Assembly: GCA_963718645.1 (NCBI GenBank)
Contig: OY970373.1
Coordinates: 5,802,452 to 5,866,451, forward strand
Direction: 5' to 3'
DNA from: an uncultured Acidobacteriota bacterium
Lineage (GTDB): Bacteria > Acidobacteriota > Thermoanaerobaculia > Multivoradales > UBA5704
DNA length: 64,000 bases
Shown here: piece after piece, positions 19,234-28,677 of the stretch
Layout of the letters: the number at the start of each line of letters is the position of its first letter
Position numbering within the stretch: position 1 is the stretch's first letter
Notes under the pieces: generated by a model
The model's database searches: none
What the model was told of the DNA's origin: nothing
Seen by the model: only the letters and a program-made list of their open reading frames with translations
Program-made: the position numbers and the translations under genes

Positions 19234-19520
19234 AGCGCCTCGGCCGCCAAGTGGTTCTCGGGAAGCGTCGCCTCGACCCCCAGCACGACCTGCCAGAAGG
19301 CGCGGCTTCGGCGCGAGAGCTGCCGGCCGCCGTGGAGCTCGACCCAGGCGGCAATCTCCGCTTCGGGGAAGGTGCGCAGGAGCCAGGCGAGGTCGGCGGC
19401 GTCGCCGTCCTCCAGCAGGCGGGAGATCAGGAGGGACGGAGCGCGCTCCGGAGCGAGGTCCCCTTCCGCGCGGTCCGGGAAGAGACGGCGGATGCCTGCC
19501 GGGAGGGCCGGCAGGCTCAC
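19221..19520 (-). CDS. Small protein upstream of and overlapping AbiEii-like gene; putative cognate antitoxin
   Basis: 99-aa ORF overlapping the NTase gene by 13 nt on the same strand. No confidently recognisable domain. Confidence 0.4.
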   Translation of the reverse strand: MSLPALPAGIRRLFPDRAEGDLAPERAPSLLISRLLEDGDAADLAWLLRTFPEAEIAAWVELHGGRQLSRRSRAFWQVVLGVEATLPENHLAAEALWPL

Positions 19521-20026
19521 GCCCCGGACGCTTCCCGCCGCTTGCGCGGCAGGGTGAGGACGGTGGCGGTGTTGCGCTCGTCCTCCATCTCGGCTTCCAG
19601 AATGCGTTCGAAGAGGTCGAGGGTGTTCTTGAACTTGAGCTGCAGCTCGCGGCGGGCGGTGCGCAGGTCGGAGATCTTGGCCTCGAAGCGGGTGGACTGC
19701 TCGATGGCCTGCTGAACGATCTTGTCGGCCGCGATCTCGGCCTCCTTGACCAGCAGCTCGGCCTCGCGGCGGGCGTTGGCGGTGATGTCGTCTGAGACCT
19801 TCTGCGCCCGCAGCAGGGTCTGCTGGAGCTGATGCTCGCGGTGCTCGGTCTCCTCCACCCGCTGGCGATAATAGCGGTTCTCCCGCTCCAGCTTGTCGCT
19901 TTGGGCGATGCGGTGGGCCAGCTCCTCGGCGAGCAGGGCGAGGAAGCCTTCGACCTCGGTCGGATCGTAACCTCGCATCTTCTGCGAGAAACGCATCTTC
20001 TGGATCTCGAGGGGAGTGATGGCCAT
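19517..20026 (-). CDS. DivIVA domain protein
   Basis: N-terminus MAITPLEIQKMRFSQKMRGYDPTEVEGFL is the DivIVA signature. Coiled-coil remainder. Confidence 0.8.
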   Translation of the reverse strand: MAITPLEIQKMRFSQKMRGYDPTEVEGFLALLAEELAHRIAQSDKLERENRYYRQRVEETEHREHQLQQTLLRAQKVSDDITANARREAELLVKEAEIAADKIVQQAIEQSTRFEAKISDLRTARRELQLKFKNTLDLFERILEAEMEDERNTATVLTLPRKRREASGA

Positions 20027-20152
20027 GGCGGGGTCCTCCTTGCGGCCCGGCTGCGATCGAGCCGGCGAATCCTTGCTACGGTCCTGATGAATCAAAAACG
20101 CCGGAAAAGGATAGCCATCCTAGCATGAACAAAGGGGGAAGGCCCGCTCCGA

Positions 20153-20890
20153 TCACCGCTCCGATCTGGGCCCCGGCGCCCGCCGCGGCCCGAACAGCGC
20201 CGTGCCCACCCGCACGTGGGTCGCCCCCTCCTCGATCGCCACGGCGTAGTCGTCGCTCATCCCCATCGAGAGGCAGCCGGGGAAGCCGGCCCATTCGGGG
20301 CGCACGGCGATCTCGTCGCGCAGCTCGCGGAGGCGGCGAAACCAGGGGCGGGAGGCTTCGGGGGTGTCCCCCTGGGGCGGGATCGCCATCAGACCGATGA
20401 TCTTCAGATGCCGCAGGCGGGAGAGCGGCAGGATCGTCTCGGCCAGCCCCGCGGCCGGGAAGCCGTGCTTGGTCTCCTCCCCGCCGAGGTTGATCTCGAG
20501 GAAGCCGAGGATGACGAACCCGCGCGCGCCGGCCTCGCGGTCGATCGCCTCGGCGATCCTCAGGCGGTCGATGGAATGGATGATGTGGAAGAGATCGAGC
20601 GCGGCACTGACCTTGTTGGACTGGAGGGGGCCGATCAGGTGCCACTCCATCTGCCCCGTCGCCTCCGGGCCGAGCTCGTCGCTCTTGGCGAGCCCCTCCT
20701 GGACGCGGTTCTCGCCGAAGGCCTCCAGACCCGCCTGGAACGCCTCGGCGAGCGCGGAGGCCGGTTGCGTCTTGCTGGCGCCGACCAGGGTCACGTTTTC
20801 GGCCGCGCGCCCGGCCCGCCGGCACGCCTCCTCGATGCGGCCGCGGATGCCGGCCAGGCGCTCCGCGATGGACCCGGTTCCGCCGGACGA
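20153..20890 (-). CDS. yggS: YggS-family pyridoxal-phosphate homeostasis protein
   Basis: C-terminal motif LSMGMSDDYAVAIEEGATHVRVGTALFG. N-terminal boundary is uncertain (ORF extends further, overlapping the upstream gene). Confidence 0.75.
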   Translation of the reverse strand, partial: SSGGTGSIAERLAGIRGRIEEACRRAGRAAENVTLVGASKTQPASALAEAFQAGLEAFGENRVQEGLAKSDELGPEATGQMEWHLIGPLQSNKVSAALDLFHIIHSIDRLRIAEAIDREAGARGFVILGFLEINLGGEETKHGFPAAGLAETILPLSRLRHLKIIGLMAIPPQGDTPEASRPWFRRLRELRDEIAVRPEWAGFPGCLSMGMSDDYAVAIEEGATHVRVGTALFGPRRAPGPRSER

Positions 20891-20907
20891 ACCGGCCGGC
20901 GAACCGT

Positions 20908-21654
20908 TCAGGCCGGCTCCTCCTCGAAGAAGAGGATGCGCTTGCAGGAGTCGCACTGGACCAGGGTGTCGCCGTTGCGGATCTCGACCACCACCTGCGG
21001 CCGCACGCGGTAGTTGCAGGCCGAGCAGTGCCATTCCTTCTGCCGCTGTCCGGGGCGCTCGATCGGCCGCACCGGCGCGATGGCGCCGCCGGGGTAGCGG
21101 AGCAGGATGCGGTCGAACTGCGAGGTGATGCCGCGCGGCAGCCGCTGGCGGAGCTCGGCGACCCGGGCCTTGAGCGCCTCGACCTGCCGCGCCACCCCGG
21201 GCTTCTCCGCCTCCCACTTGGTCATCTCGGCGGCGTAGCGGTCCTGAATGTCCTGGAAGCTCTCGCGCAGCGTGGCGAGCTCCTTGTCGGCCTGATCGGC
21301 CTGGGCGAGGGCCGAGAAAGCGGCTTCCTCGTTGGTGGTGATCTGACCCTTGACGGTGTCGATCTCCTGGAGGAGAGCGCCGTACTCGCGCTGCGTGCTG
21401 ACTTTGTTGATCTGCTGCTGGTATTTCTTGAGCTTTTCCTGCGCGTCCTGGACCGCCGCCTCCGCCGCTCTCCGCTGCCGGGCGGCCTCGGCCGCCGTCT
21501 CCTCGAGGGTCTCGATCCCCGCCTTGCGCACCGTGTGCTCCTCGTGGAGCTCGCGCATCCAGTCGGGAATGCCGTTCAGTCTCTGATCTGCCTCGTGAAG
21601 TTGGGAAAGCGCCGTCTGCAGCTCCAGGATGTTCTGGAGATTCTGATTCATGGG
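20908..21654 (-). CDS. Zinc-ribbon/coiled-coil protein (COG1579/DUF164 family)
   Basis: Long coiled coil followed by a C-terminal C4 zinc ribbon (CSACNYRV...CDSCKRIL). Confidence 0.7.
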   Translation of the reverse strand, partial: PMNQNLQNILELQTALSQLHEADQRLNGIPDWMRELHEEHTVRKAGIETLEETAAEAARQRRAAEAAVQDAQEKLKKYQQQINKVSTQREYGALLQEIDTVKGQITTNEEAAFSALAQADQADKELATLRESFQDIQDRYAAEMTKWEAEKPGVARQVEALKARVAELRQRLPRGITSQFDRILLRYPGGAIAPVRPIERPGQRQKEWHCSACNYRVRPQVVVEIRNGDTLVQCDSCKRILFFEEEPA

Positions 21655-21757
21655 AAAACGTCCACTCCTCTCCGAAAAAAAGCCATCACACCCCCTTGAC
21701 CGCGCTTGACGCCGAGCGACCGCCGTACCATCCACTTCCGCTCGGAGCGCTGGAAAG

Positions 21758-21830
21758 TGGGTCCACCTGGATTCGAACCAGGGACCAGCCGGTTATGAGC
21801 CGGATGCTCTCACCGCTGAGCTATGGACCC
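21758..21830 (-). tRNA. tRNA-Met (CAT anticodon)
   Basis: Reverse complement folds as GGGTCCA/TGGACCC acceptor, GCTCAGCGGT D-arm, anticodon loop CTCATAA, TTCGAATCC T-loop. No encoded CCA. Confidence 0.85.
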
Positions 21831-21846
21831 GGGGAAACCGCCCTTT

Positions 21847-23277
21847 TCAGGGCGACTCGGCAGTATACCATTCACGGGCCTCCTCCTTCGGCGGCCGCTC
21901 CGCCGGGATGAAGGCGTTCCACGTTCGCACCAGGGCGGCGGCCAGCACGGCTGTCCGCCGCGGATCGGTAAGGCTCTGAGTCCCGCCGTCGGGCTCCCAG
22001 CGTTCGAGGGCCAGCCGCGGCGGCCCGGTGCCGGTGAGCGGCAGGGCGGCGTCGAACGCCGCGCGCAGCCGGTCGAGGATCTTCTCGGGGGGCTCCGGCA
22101 GCTCGGCGCGGGCGATCCGCGCGTTTCCCCGGTTCATCATCGCCAGCCGCGCCAGGTAGTAGTCCGGCTGCGGCGGCGCGAACCGCGATTCCCAGGTGAG
22201 CTGGTCGTCGCCGTCGACGATCGAGACCTCGTTGGTGCCGTTGGCCAGATAGAGCTCCGACAGCACGGGCCCAGGGGACGGCCGGAACAGGCTCGGGGCC
22301 ACCGCCGGCGGCACCTCGCCGCCGGCGGCCTCGACCAGGGTGGCCCAGAGGCGCGCGGCGGCGATCCGCCGCTCCTGCGGCTCGGCGATCCGCAGCCGGA
22401 AGCCGCGCGGGAGCTTGACGGCGAACGGCACCTCCAGGAGCTGCCGGCCGAGGTTGCCGCCGTTCAGGATCTGCCCCTTCTCGCCGAACTCCTCGCCGTG
22501 GGTGGAGGTCACCACCAGCAGGGTGCGGTCCCACTCGCCGCTCGACCGCAGCGCCTGGATCATCCGGCCCAGGCGGTCGTCGGCCCAGGCGACGTTGTAG
22601 CGGTACATCGCCCAGAAGACCCGCCGCCGGGCGGGCGGCAGGGGATTGGCGGGATCGAAGTAGAGCGCCAGCTCGTTGGGCAGCACCCGCTCGGGGAGGT
22701 CGAGGCGGCCGGTCTCGACGCGGTCGTCGAAGCGCGGGCGGTGGAAGTAGGGGGCCTGCGGCTCGGGGATGTGGATCCAGACGAAGCGCCGGCCGCGGCC
22801 GATCCGCTCCAGCCGCGCGGCGGCCTCCGCCCCTTTGTTGAGCTGCTCCAGGCGGTCGAAACCGCGGTCGTAGCCGCCGTCCTTCGAGTAGGTGGGCTCG
22901 CCGGTGAAGCCGTTGGTCTCGTAGCCGGCGGCCTGGAGCGCCTTCGGCAGGCTGTAGAGGGCGGGCGACAGGCGGTCCCCCTCGGTCAGCACCTGGTGCT
23001 GCCAGGGGCGCAGGCCGGTGAACAGCGAGGCCATCGCCGGCACCCCCCAACTCGACGGCGCGATCGCTTTTCCCGCCCAGTCGGCCTGGCGCAGCAGGGC
23101 GTCGAGGTTGGGGGTCAGCCCGCGGTCGCCGCCGAGCCCGCCGACGACGTCCGCGCGCAAGGAGTCGAAGGTGATCAGGACGATCGGGCCGTCCTGCGGC
23201 GGCGAGGCGCCGCGGCAGGACGCGAGGGCGAGGAGCAGGAGGATGACGGCGGGCGGTCTGCGCAGAGCGTTCCTCAC
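21847..23277 (-). CDS. Sulfatase (alkaline-phosphatase superfamily) lipoprotein
   Basis: GTG start, lipobox LLLALASC, sulfatase N-terminal motif VLITFDSLRADV and later HGEEF. The listed 1052-aa ORF is a same-frame read-through into non-coding frames of the neighbouring gene. Confidence 0.75.
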   Translation of the reverse strand: MRNALRRPPAVILLLLALASCRGASPPQDGPIVLITFDSLRADVVGGLGGDRGLTPNLDALLRQADWAGKAIAPSSWGVPAMASLFTGLRPWQHQVLTEGDRLSPALYSLPKALQAAGYETNGFTGEPTYSKDGGYDRGFDRLEQLNKGAEAAARLERIGRGRRFVWIHIPEPQAPYFHRPRFDDRVETGRLDLPERVLPNELALYFDPANPLPPARRRVFWAMYRYNVAWADDRLGRMIQALRSSGEWDRTLLVVTSTHGEEFGEKGQILNGGNLGRQLLEVPFAVKLPRGFRLRIAEPQERRIAAARLWATLVEAAGGEVPPAVAPSLFRPSPGPVLSELYLANGTNEVSIVDGDDQLTWESRFAPPQPDYYLARLAMMNRGNARIARAELPEPPEKILDRLRAAFDAALPLTGTGPPRLALERWEPDGGTQSLTDPRRTAVLAAALVRTWNAFIPAERPPKEEAREWYTAESP

Positions 23278-25490
23278 CCGGCCGTGGGATAGAGCTGGCG
23301 GTAGCTGTCGGAAAGGACCAGGATCCGCTTGACGTAGGTCTTGGACTCCTCGAGGCCGAGGCCTTCGAGGAAGCGATCGATCTCGTTGTTGCCCGACTCC
23401 TGCCAGAGCCGCTTGATGCGGTAGGGGCCGCCGTTGTAGCCGGCCAGCGAGAGCTCGAGGTTCTCGTTGAACATGCTGAACACCTGCCGGAAGTAGGTGG
23501 TGCCCAGCCGCACGTTGACGGCGGGGTCGGCGAGCAGGCCGGAGGTCCAGGAGAGGCCGTTGTGGACCGCCAGCTCGCGGGCCGTGGCCGGCATGAGCTG
23601 CATCAGGCCGCGGGCGCCGGCGCCGCTCTGGGCGTTGGCGTCGAAGGCGCTCTCCTGGCGGATGATGCCGAACACCAGGTAGGTGGGCAGCCGGTTGGTG
23701 GCCGCCCAGGTGCGGATGGTGTCCTGGTACTGCAGCGGGTAGTAGAGCTTCCGCGCCTCGTCCGGCAGGGTGGCCTGGAACGGTCCGCCGAGCGCCGGGA
23801 AGGCGTCGCGGATCACCTGCACGCTCTTCCTGCGGTCCCCCTGGTGGGCGAGGATCACGGCCTGCAGGGCGCTCAGCGACCGCGGCTGCACCTTGTCGCG
23901 CACCAGCCCGGCCTCGGCGAGGGCGAGGTCGTCGAGCCCGAGGTCGGTGAGCAGCCGCGCGCGGTCGAGCGCCGGCTCCACCGGCCAGGCCTCCCGGGCC
24001 TGCGCGGCGGCGGCCAGCGCCGCCGGCTTGCTGTGCAGGCGGGCGAGGGCGTTGCGGCGATAGAAGTCGGCGGTGTCGGCCTGGGCGATCTCGTTGTAGA
24101 TCTGCTGCGCCCGCTCCCCCTCGCCCAGCAGGTCGAAAGCGCGACCCGACCAGTAGCGGCCACGGCGGGCGGCGGCGTCCTCGGGGTAGAGCGAGTAGAG
24201 CTCGGCCCAGGTGCCGATCGCGCCGGTGTAGTTGCCGCGGCCGTACTCCTGCCAGCCGACCTGCCAGAGGTTGGCGGCGCCGGTGGTGTCCTTGGGGGAG
24301 ATGCGGCGCAGGCGGCGCAGGGTGTCGACGGCGCGCTCGAACTGGTCGTCGGTCTGGTAATCGGCGTAGAGCGACTTCAGGGCCTTGACCGCCAGATCGT
24401 GGTCGGCGCCGATCTGGGCCACCCGCTCCAGGTACTGCTGCGAGAGCTGGCGGAGCTGCTGGCGGTCGGCGGAGCCGAGGTTGACGCGGCCGCGCTGGGC
24501 GGTGGCGGCGTCCTCGGCGGCCTGGCCGCGGGCCCAGGCGAGCGCCGCGGCCTGCCTGGGCTCGGCCGCCTCGTGGCCGGCGAGCACCGCCAGGGCGTCG
24601 CTGCCGCGGTGGAGGCGGGTCAGGCTGGCCGCCTCCAGGAGCTGCCACTCGAAATCGCGGTCGACGAGGGAGACGGAGTCGAGAGTCGCCAGCGCGTTGG
24701 CCTCCAGCTTCAGGTCGAGCAGGGTCTTCGCCCGCCGCTTGAGCTGGTCGCCATTGAGCGCGGATCCCCAGGAGAGCGTGCCGTCCGCGGCGCGGAAGAG
24801 CTCGATCACCTTGAGGTCGGCGGCCTTCATGGGGAAGTTGATCAGCAGGTGGCGCGCCGCCTCGGCCTGCACCGCGCGGTCGCCGGTCTGCACGCCGATC
24901 TGCCAGCCGAGCGCCTCGAGCTGCGCCGCCTCGTCGCCGCGCAGCTCCTCGCTGCGGGCGGCGCCCACCAGGTCGAGGGCGCGCTGGGCGTCCTGGCGTC
25001 CCCACGCCAGCGTCGCCGCGCGCAGCAGGGCGAGCGGCCGGAGGACGGAGCCGGGGTAGTCCCCCAGCAGCTTGGCGAGCGAGGTCTGGGCGAGCAGGAT
25101 GTGGCCGCGCGCCGCGGCGCTGTCGGCCAGCAGGTAGAGCCGCCAGTCCTCCAGGGGGCCGTTGGGGTTCTTCGCCGCGAACAGCCGCTCCTCGGAGTAG
25201 GCCACCTGTCCGCAGGAGCGGGCGTAGAGGCCTAGGAGGAGCTGGGCGAAGCCGGCCTCCGAGTCGTGCCCCGAGAGGATCGGCGTCAGCGCCTTGTACA
25301 CCGCCGTGCAGTCCTTGCGCCGCACCGCGGTCGCGGCCTCGGCGTAGGCGAGGGCGGCGCGGTCCGGATGGCCGGCGAGCGGGCCGGGGTAGGTCGGGGA
25401 GGACGGGGGCGAGGCGGTGGCGGAACCCAGCAGCAGGGGGAGCAGCAGGAGGAGGGCGGCGCGGTGGCGGATCGACGGTTTACTTCTCAC
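23274..25490 (-). CDS. Soluble lytic murein transglycosylase (Slt70 family)
   Basis: Signal peptide, long superhelical TPR-like domain, C-terminal SLT catalytic motif GIIRQESAFDANAQSGAGARGLMQLMPATA. Confidence 0.85.
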   Translation of the reverse strand: MRSKPSIRHRAALLLLLPLLLGSATASPPSSPTYPGPLAGHPDRAALAYAEAATAVRRKDCTAVYKALTPILSGHDSEAGFAQLLLGLYARSCGQVAYSEERLFAAKNPNGPLEDWRLYLLADSAAARGHILLAQTSLAKLLGDYPGSVLRPLALLRAATLAWGRQDAQRALDLVGAARSEELRGDEAAQLEALGWQIGVQTGDRAVQAEAARHLLINFPMKAADLKVIELFRAADGTLSWGSALNGDQLKRRAKTLLDLKLEANALATLDSVSLVDRDFEWQLLEAASLTRLHRGSDALAVLAGHEAAEPRQAAALAWARGQAAEDAATAQRGRVNLGSADRQQLRQLSQQYLERVAQIGADHDLAVKALKSLYADYQTDDQFERAVDTLRRLRRISPKDTTGAANLWQVGWQEYGRGNYTGAIGTWAELYSLYPEDAAARRGRYWSGRAFDLLGEGERAQQIYNEIAQADTADFYRRNALARLHSKPAALAAAAQAREAWPVEPALDRARLLTDLGLDDLALAEAGLVRDKVQPRSLSALQAVILAHQGDRRKSVQVIRDAFPALGGPFQATLPDEARKLYYPLQYQDTIRTWAATNRLPTYLVFGIIRQESAFDANAQSGAGARGLMQLMPATARELAVHNGLSWTSGLLADPAVNVRLGTTYFRQVFSMFNENLELSLAGYNGGPYRIKRLWQESGNNEIDRFLEGLGLEESKTYVKRILVLSDSYRQLYPTAG

Positions 25491-25575
25491 GTGTTTCCAT
25501 CTCGCGATCTACTTCGTACGTCTTTCAAACTGGGGGCTCCGGAAACGTTCCGGAGCCCGTTCGGAACGGGACGGA

Positions 25576-27216
25576 TCAGATGCCCAGCGCTTTCGAGTCC
25601 CCGGCGGCCAGGATGCGCACCAGCTCCTGGTAGAAGTAATCGGTCGTCCGCAGGATCTGGGGATCGACGCGCTCGTCGTACATCTGGCGCGAGCGGTCGA
25701 TGTCCTCGCGCAGCCGCTCATAGATGTCGCGGTTGCGGCGGCCCTCTTCGACCTGCTCCTCGTTGTACAGCTTGATCTCGCTCACCAGCAGGCGGGCGAG
25801 GCGCCGGGCCTCCTCGTGCTGAGCCTGGTTGTCGGAGCTCACCGGCACGCGGGTGGTGGCGAACGCCCACCCGGGCCCGTCGACGTCGCTCGGCGGCCGC
25901 ACCTCCGGCGTGCCCGCCGCGCGCTCGTAGGACACCGCCGGCTCCTCGGTCAGCGGCAGCGGCCGGATCGGGGTGACCGTCGTCGCCCCGGGTGGCGGAG
26001 CGGCCGGCGCCGCGGGCTCCGCGCCCTGGAAACTGGAGCGCTGGAGGAGGACGGTCGTGTCGGGGCTCGCCTCCGGCTCGACCGAGCGGGGGTAGCGCGG
26101 CACCTCCTCGGTCATCGCCGGAGAGGGCTCGGCGCGCGGGCTCTCCTCTTCCGTATCCACCATGGGCGCGCTGAGGTGCGGGATGCCGGGGAGCGGCATC
26201 GCCTCGGTGACGTGAGGGATAGCCGGCGCCCAGCCCTGCGTTGGAGCGACCGAACGGGCCGGCGGCGGCGCGGCCGGCGGCTCGGGCTCCGCGTGGGCGG
26301 GCTCCGCGTGAACAGGTTCCGGATGAACCGGCTCCGGCGCGGCCTCGGCATGCGCCTCCGGCTCAGGTTCCGGCTCGGTTTCCCGTTCAGGCGCCGGCGC
26401 GGCGGCCTGCACCGGCTCGGGCTCGGCGGCCGGCGGCTCGACGGCCGCTGGAGCCGCGGCCGGCGCTCCGCCGCTGTCGCTGGTGCCGTCGAGGGTAAGA
26501 GTGGGGGTCGCGGCACGCTCGCGGAAGGGGAGCGTCTCGATCGCCTGCGCCGCGGCGTGGGCGAGGATCTGGAGCGCTTCGACCGCCAGCTCGCCGCCGC
26601 CCTCTTTGCCGTGGTCGCCGCGGTCGGCGTAGAGGCCGGCGGCGACGCGGTCGCGCAGCACCACCGGCACCAGCACGCCGCTCTGCGGCAGCGGGCTCTC
26701 GACGCGGCTGCACAGGACGGCGCAGTCGGCGGCGCTGAGGGTCAGGGTGCCCTGGGCGCTCTCGAGGCGGCTCCAGGCGCCCTCCGGCGCGGTGAGGACG
26801 AGGCCGCGGATGGCGCCCTCGGCGTCGCCGAACCCTTCGCTCCCCCAGCCGCGCAGCTCGCCGCCGCGCACCAGCAGCACGGCCAGCCGCGAGGCGTACG
26901 GCGCGGATTCGCGCAGCAGCGCCGCCAGGATGTCCGCCTGCGAGCGGGCGCGGTCGATGCCGGCGAGGGCGTCGCGCAGCTCGCGCTGGGCGGCCTGCCG
27001 GGAGCTGGAGCCCACCGCGCGCTCGTGCGGACCGAAATCGTCGTGGGAGAGGAAGGAGGCGGGCAGCGAAGGGGTGAACTCCTCCAGCCGCCGCTGGACC
27101 TCGTCGCTGCTGGCGCGCAGGCGCTGGGCGATATCCTGGCGCAGCTCCGTGAGGGCACGCTCGACCGTCGAGGCGATCTCGCTGTTCAGTTCCTGGATTT
27201 TTTCCGAAAGGGACAT
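25576..27216 (-). CDS. Hypothetical protein with GAF-like domain and Pro/Glu/Ala-rich repetitive linker
   Basis: Start taken at MSLSEKIQEL. Central low-complexity PEPVHPEPVHAEPAHAEPEP repeats. Conserved charged C-terminal ~70 aa. Confidence 0.5.
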   Translation of the reverse strand: MSLSEKIQELNSEIASTVERALTELRQDIAQRLRASSDEVQRRLEEFTPSLPASFLSHDDFGPHERAVGSSSRQAAQRELRDALAGIDRARSQADILAALLRESAPYASRLAVLLVRGGELRGWGSEGFGDAEGAIRGLVLTAPEGAWSRLESAQGTLTLSAADCAVLCSRVESPLPQSGVLVPVVLRDRVAAGLYADRGDHGKEGGGELAVEALQILAHAAAQAIETLPFRERAATPTLTLDGTSDSGGAPAAAPAAVEPPAAEPEPVQAAAPAPERETEPEPEPEAHAEAAPEPVHPEPVHAEPAHAEPEPPAAPPPARSVAPTQGWAPAIPHVTEAMPLPGIPHLSAPMVDTEEESPRAEPSPAMTEEVPRYPRSVEPEASPDTTVLLQRSSFQGAEPAAPAAPPPGATTVTPIRPLPLTEEPAVSYERAAGTPEVRPPSDVDGPGWAFATTRVPVSSDNQAQHEEARRLARLLVSEIKLYNEEQVEEGRRNRDIYERLREDIDRSRQMYDERVDPQILRTTDYFYQELVRILAAGDSKALGI

Positions 27217-27380
27217 CCGTTGCTCTCCGCGGCCGTCCACTGAAGCGTAGTAACCAACTAAGGGAGCTTGATTATTCTGGAACCTGCCGCACGGTGTCAA
27301 GGAAAGCCATTCATGACAAAGGCTTAAAGCCCGCGGACCGCCGCCTTGTACCCCCCTGGGGCCTATGGTACGTTCGATCG

Positions 27381-28127
27381 GTGCAACGTTTCCTGGCGAT
27401 CCCGGCCCTCCTGCTCGCGGGCGCGCTGACGGCCGCCGTTCCCGGGTGCCGGCCGCGCTCCGAGGCGCCGGCGGCGCGGAAGCCGGCGGCCGCCGACGCC
27501 GAGTGGTCCTGGCTGGAGCGGACGGAGGGCCAGCTCGCCGAGCGGCGGGCGCGCCTCGCCGGCGCTCCCGACCCCAAGCTCCAGAAGGAGACCGAGAGCC
27601 TCGCCGGCGAGCTCAATCGCCGCCTGGCCGCCTACATCAACGCCGATCCGCCCCTCCAGGGAGAGCCGCCGACCGCCCGCCAGCAGGCCGCCCTGCGCCT
27701 GCGCAGCGACGAGGAGATCCAGCTCGCCCGCACCTATCTCGAGCAGGGTGGGGACTTCCAGCGCGCCATCGACATCCTCACCCAGGCGCTGGCGGTCGAC
27801 GCCGGCAACCCGCGGCTCAAGGAGGAGCTGGCGCGCGCCCAGGCGCGGCGCTACATGACGCGCCAGACCTTCGCCCAGGCCCGGAAGGGGATGGCGCCCG
27901 ACGAGGTGCGCCGCCTCCTCGGCGCCCCCAACGTCAACAACGTGCGGGGCTATCCGGACCACAACGTGGTCGGCTGGTTCTACCCCCGCGACGCCGGCGG
28001 CTCGGCGGCGGCCGTCTGGTTCCATCGCGAGGAGGGGACGATGGTCGTCTACCTCACCGATTTCGACGCCGTGCACCCGCCGCCTTCCCCTCCCCTGACC
28101 TCCCCGGCGGCCCGCGGCGCGGCTTGA
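27381..28127 (+). CDS. Lipoprotein (SmpA/OmlA BamE-like C-terminal domain)
   Basis: GTG start giving a signal peptide with lipobox AAVPGC. C-terminal RQTFAQARKGMAPDEVRRLLGAPN resembles BamE-type domains. Confidence 0.5.
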   Translation: MQRFLAIPALLLAGALTAAVPGCRPRSEAPAARKPAAADAEWSWLERTEGQLAERRARLAGAPDPKLQKETESLAGELNRRLAAYINADPPLQGEPPTARQQAALRLRSDEEIQLARTYLEQGGDFQRAIDILTQALAVDAGNPRLKEELARAQARRYMTRQTFAQARKGMAPDEVRRLLGAPNVNNVRGYPDHNVVGWFYPRDAGGSAAAVWFHREEGTMVVYLTDFDAVHPPPSPPLTSPAARGAA

Positions 28128-28217
28128 CTTTTCGGCGGATTTGAGCGAAATTCGAAGTCCGCGCCCCCCGAAGCCCGGGGGGCGCTTCTATCCGTGCCCG
28201 AAAAGAGGTGAGTGTCG

Positions 28218-28427
28218 ATGCCCGTTGTGCATGTGCGCGAGGAGGAGAGTTTCGAGAACGCCTTGCGCCGCTTCAAGCGGAAGGTCGAGAAGTCTGGAAT
28301 CCTGACCGAGCTGCGTAAGCGGCAGCACTTCGAGAAGCCCTCGGTGAAGCGCAAGCGCAAGACCGTCCAGGCTCGCAAGAAGATCGCGAGAAAGCTGATG
28401 GAAGAGCGTCGCCAGGGTCTGGCGTAA
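28218..28427 (+). CDS. rpsU: 30S ribosomal protein S21
   Basis: [48 protein letters not shown]... is unmistakable S21. Confidence 0.95.
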   Translation: MPVVHVREEESFENALRRFKRKVEKSGILTELRKRQHFEKPSVKRKRKTVQARKKIARKLMEERRQGLA

Positions 28428-28448
28428 GCCTGAAGCCCGCGCCACCCG

Positions 28449-28490
28449 GACGGGAGGAAGCCTGAGAAGGCCTCCTCCCGTTTTGCTTTT
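28449..28490 (+). terminator. Rho-independent terminator downstream of rpsU
   Basis: gggaggaagcctgagaaggcctcctccc stem followed by gttttgcttttt. Confidence 0.75.
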
Positions 28491-28507
28491 TACGGGGCCC
28501 CTCATCA

Positions 28508-28645
28508 CCCCGGCCCTCTTCTCCCAGCCCTCCACCCGCCCCTGCCGGGGAGAAGAGGGAGAAAAGCAAAAACAACCCAGACCCTTGCGATCAGGATTGT
28601 TTTAGCCCCTCTCTCCCCGGCAGGGCGGGTGGAGGGATGGGAGAG
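28508..28645. repeat. Pair of inverted ~45-bp GC-rich hairpin elements separated by an A-rich 40-bp spacer
   Basis: ccctcttctcccagccctccacccgcccctgccggggagaagaggg and its near reverse complement cccctctctccccggcagggcgggtggagggatgggagagagggg. Confidence 0.7.
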
Positions 28646-28677
28646 AGGGGTTGGGGAGTGAGGGGCTCCCCGCCGCC

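Noticed and set aside
17109-19557. Long + strand ORFs (568 and 463 aa) over hutI and the AbiEii pair
   Set aside because: Antisense high-GC ORFs. The minus-strand genes carry recognisable motifs.
20076-21128. Several 250-aa ORFs overlapping yggS and the zinc-ribbon gene
   Set aside because: Alternative frames. YggS and zinc-ribbon frames carry the diagnostic motifs.
21847-25005. 1052-aa ORF spanning the sulfatase and half of the transglycosylase gene
   Set aside because: Only the C-terminal ~477 aa (sulfatase) are real coding sequence in this frame. Upstream is an out-of-frame read-through across the Slt70 gene (RG-rich junk).
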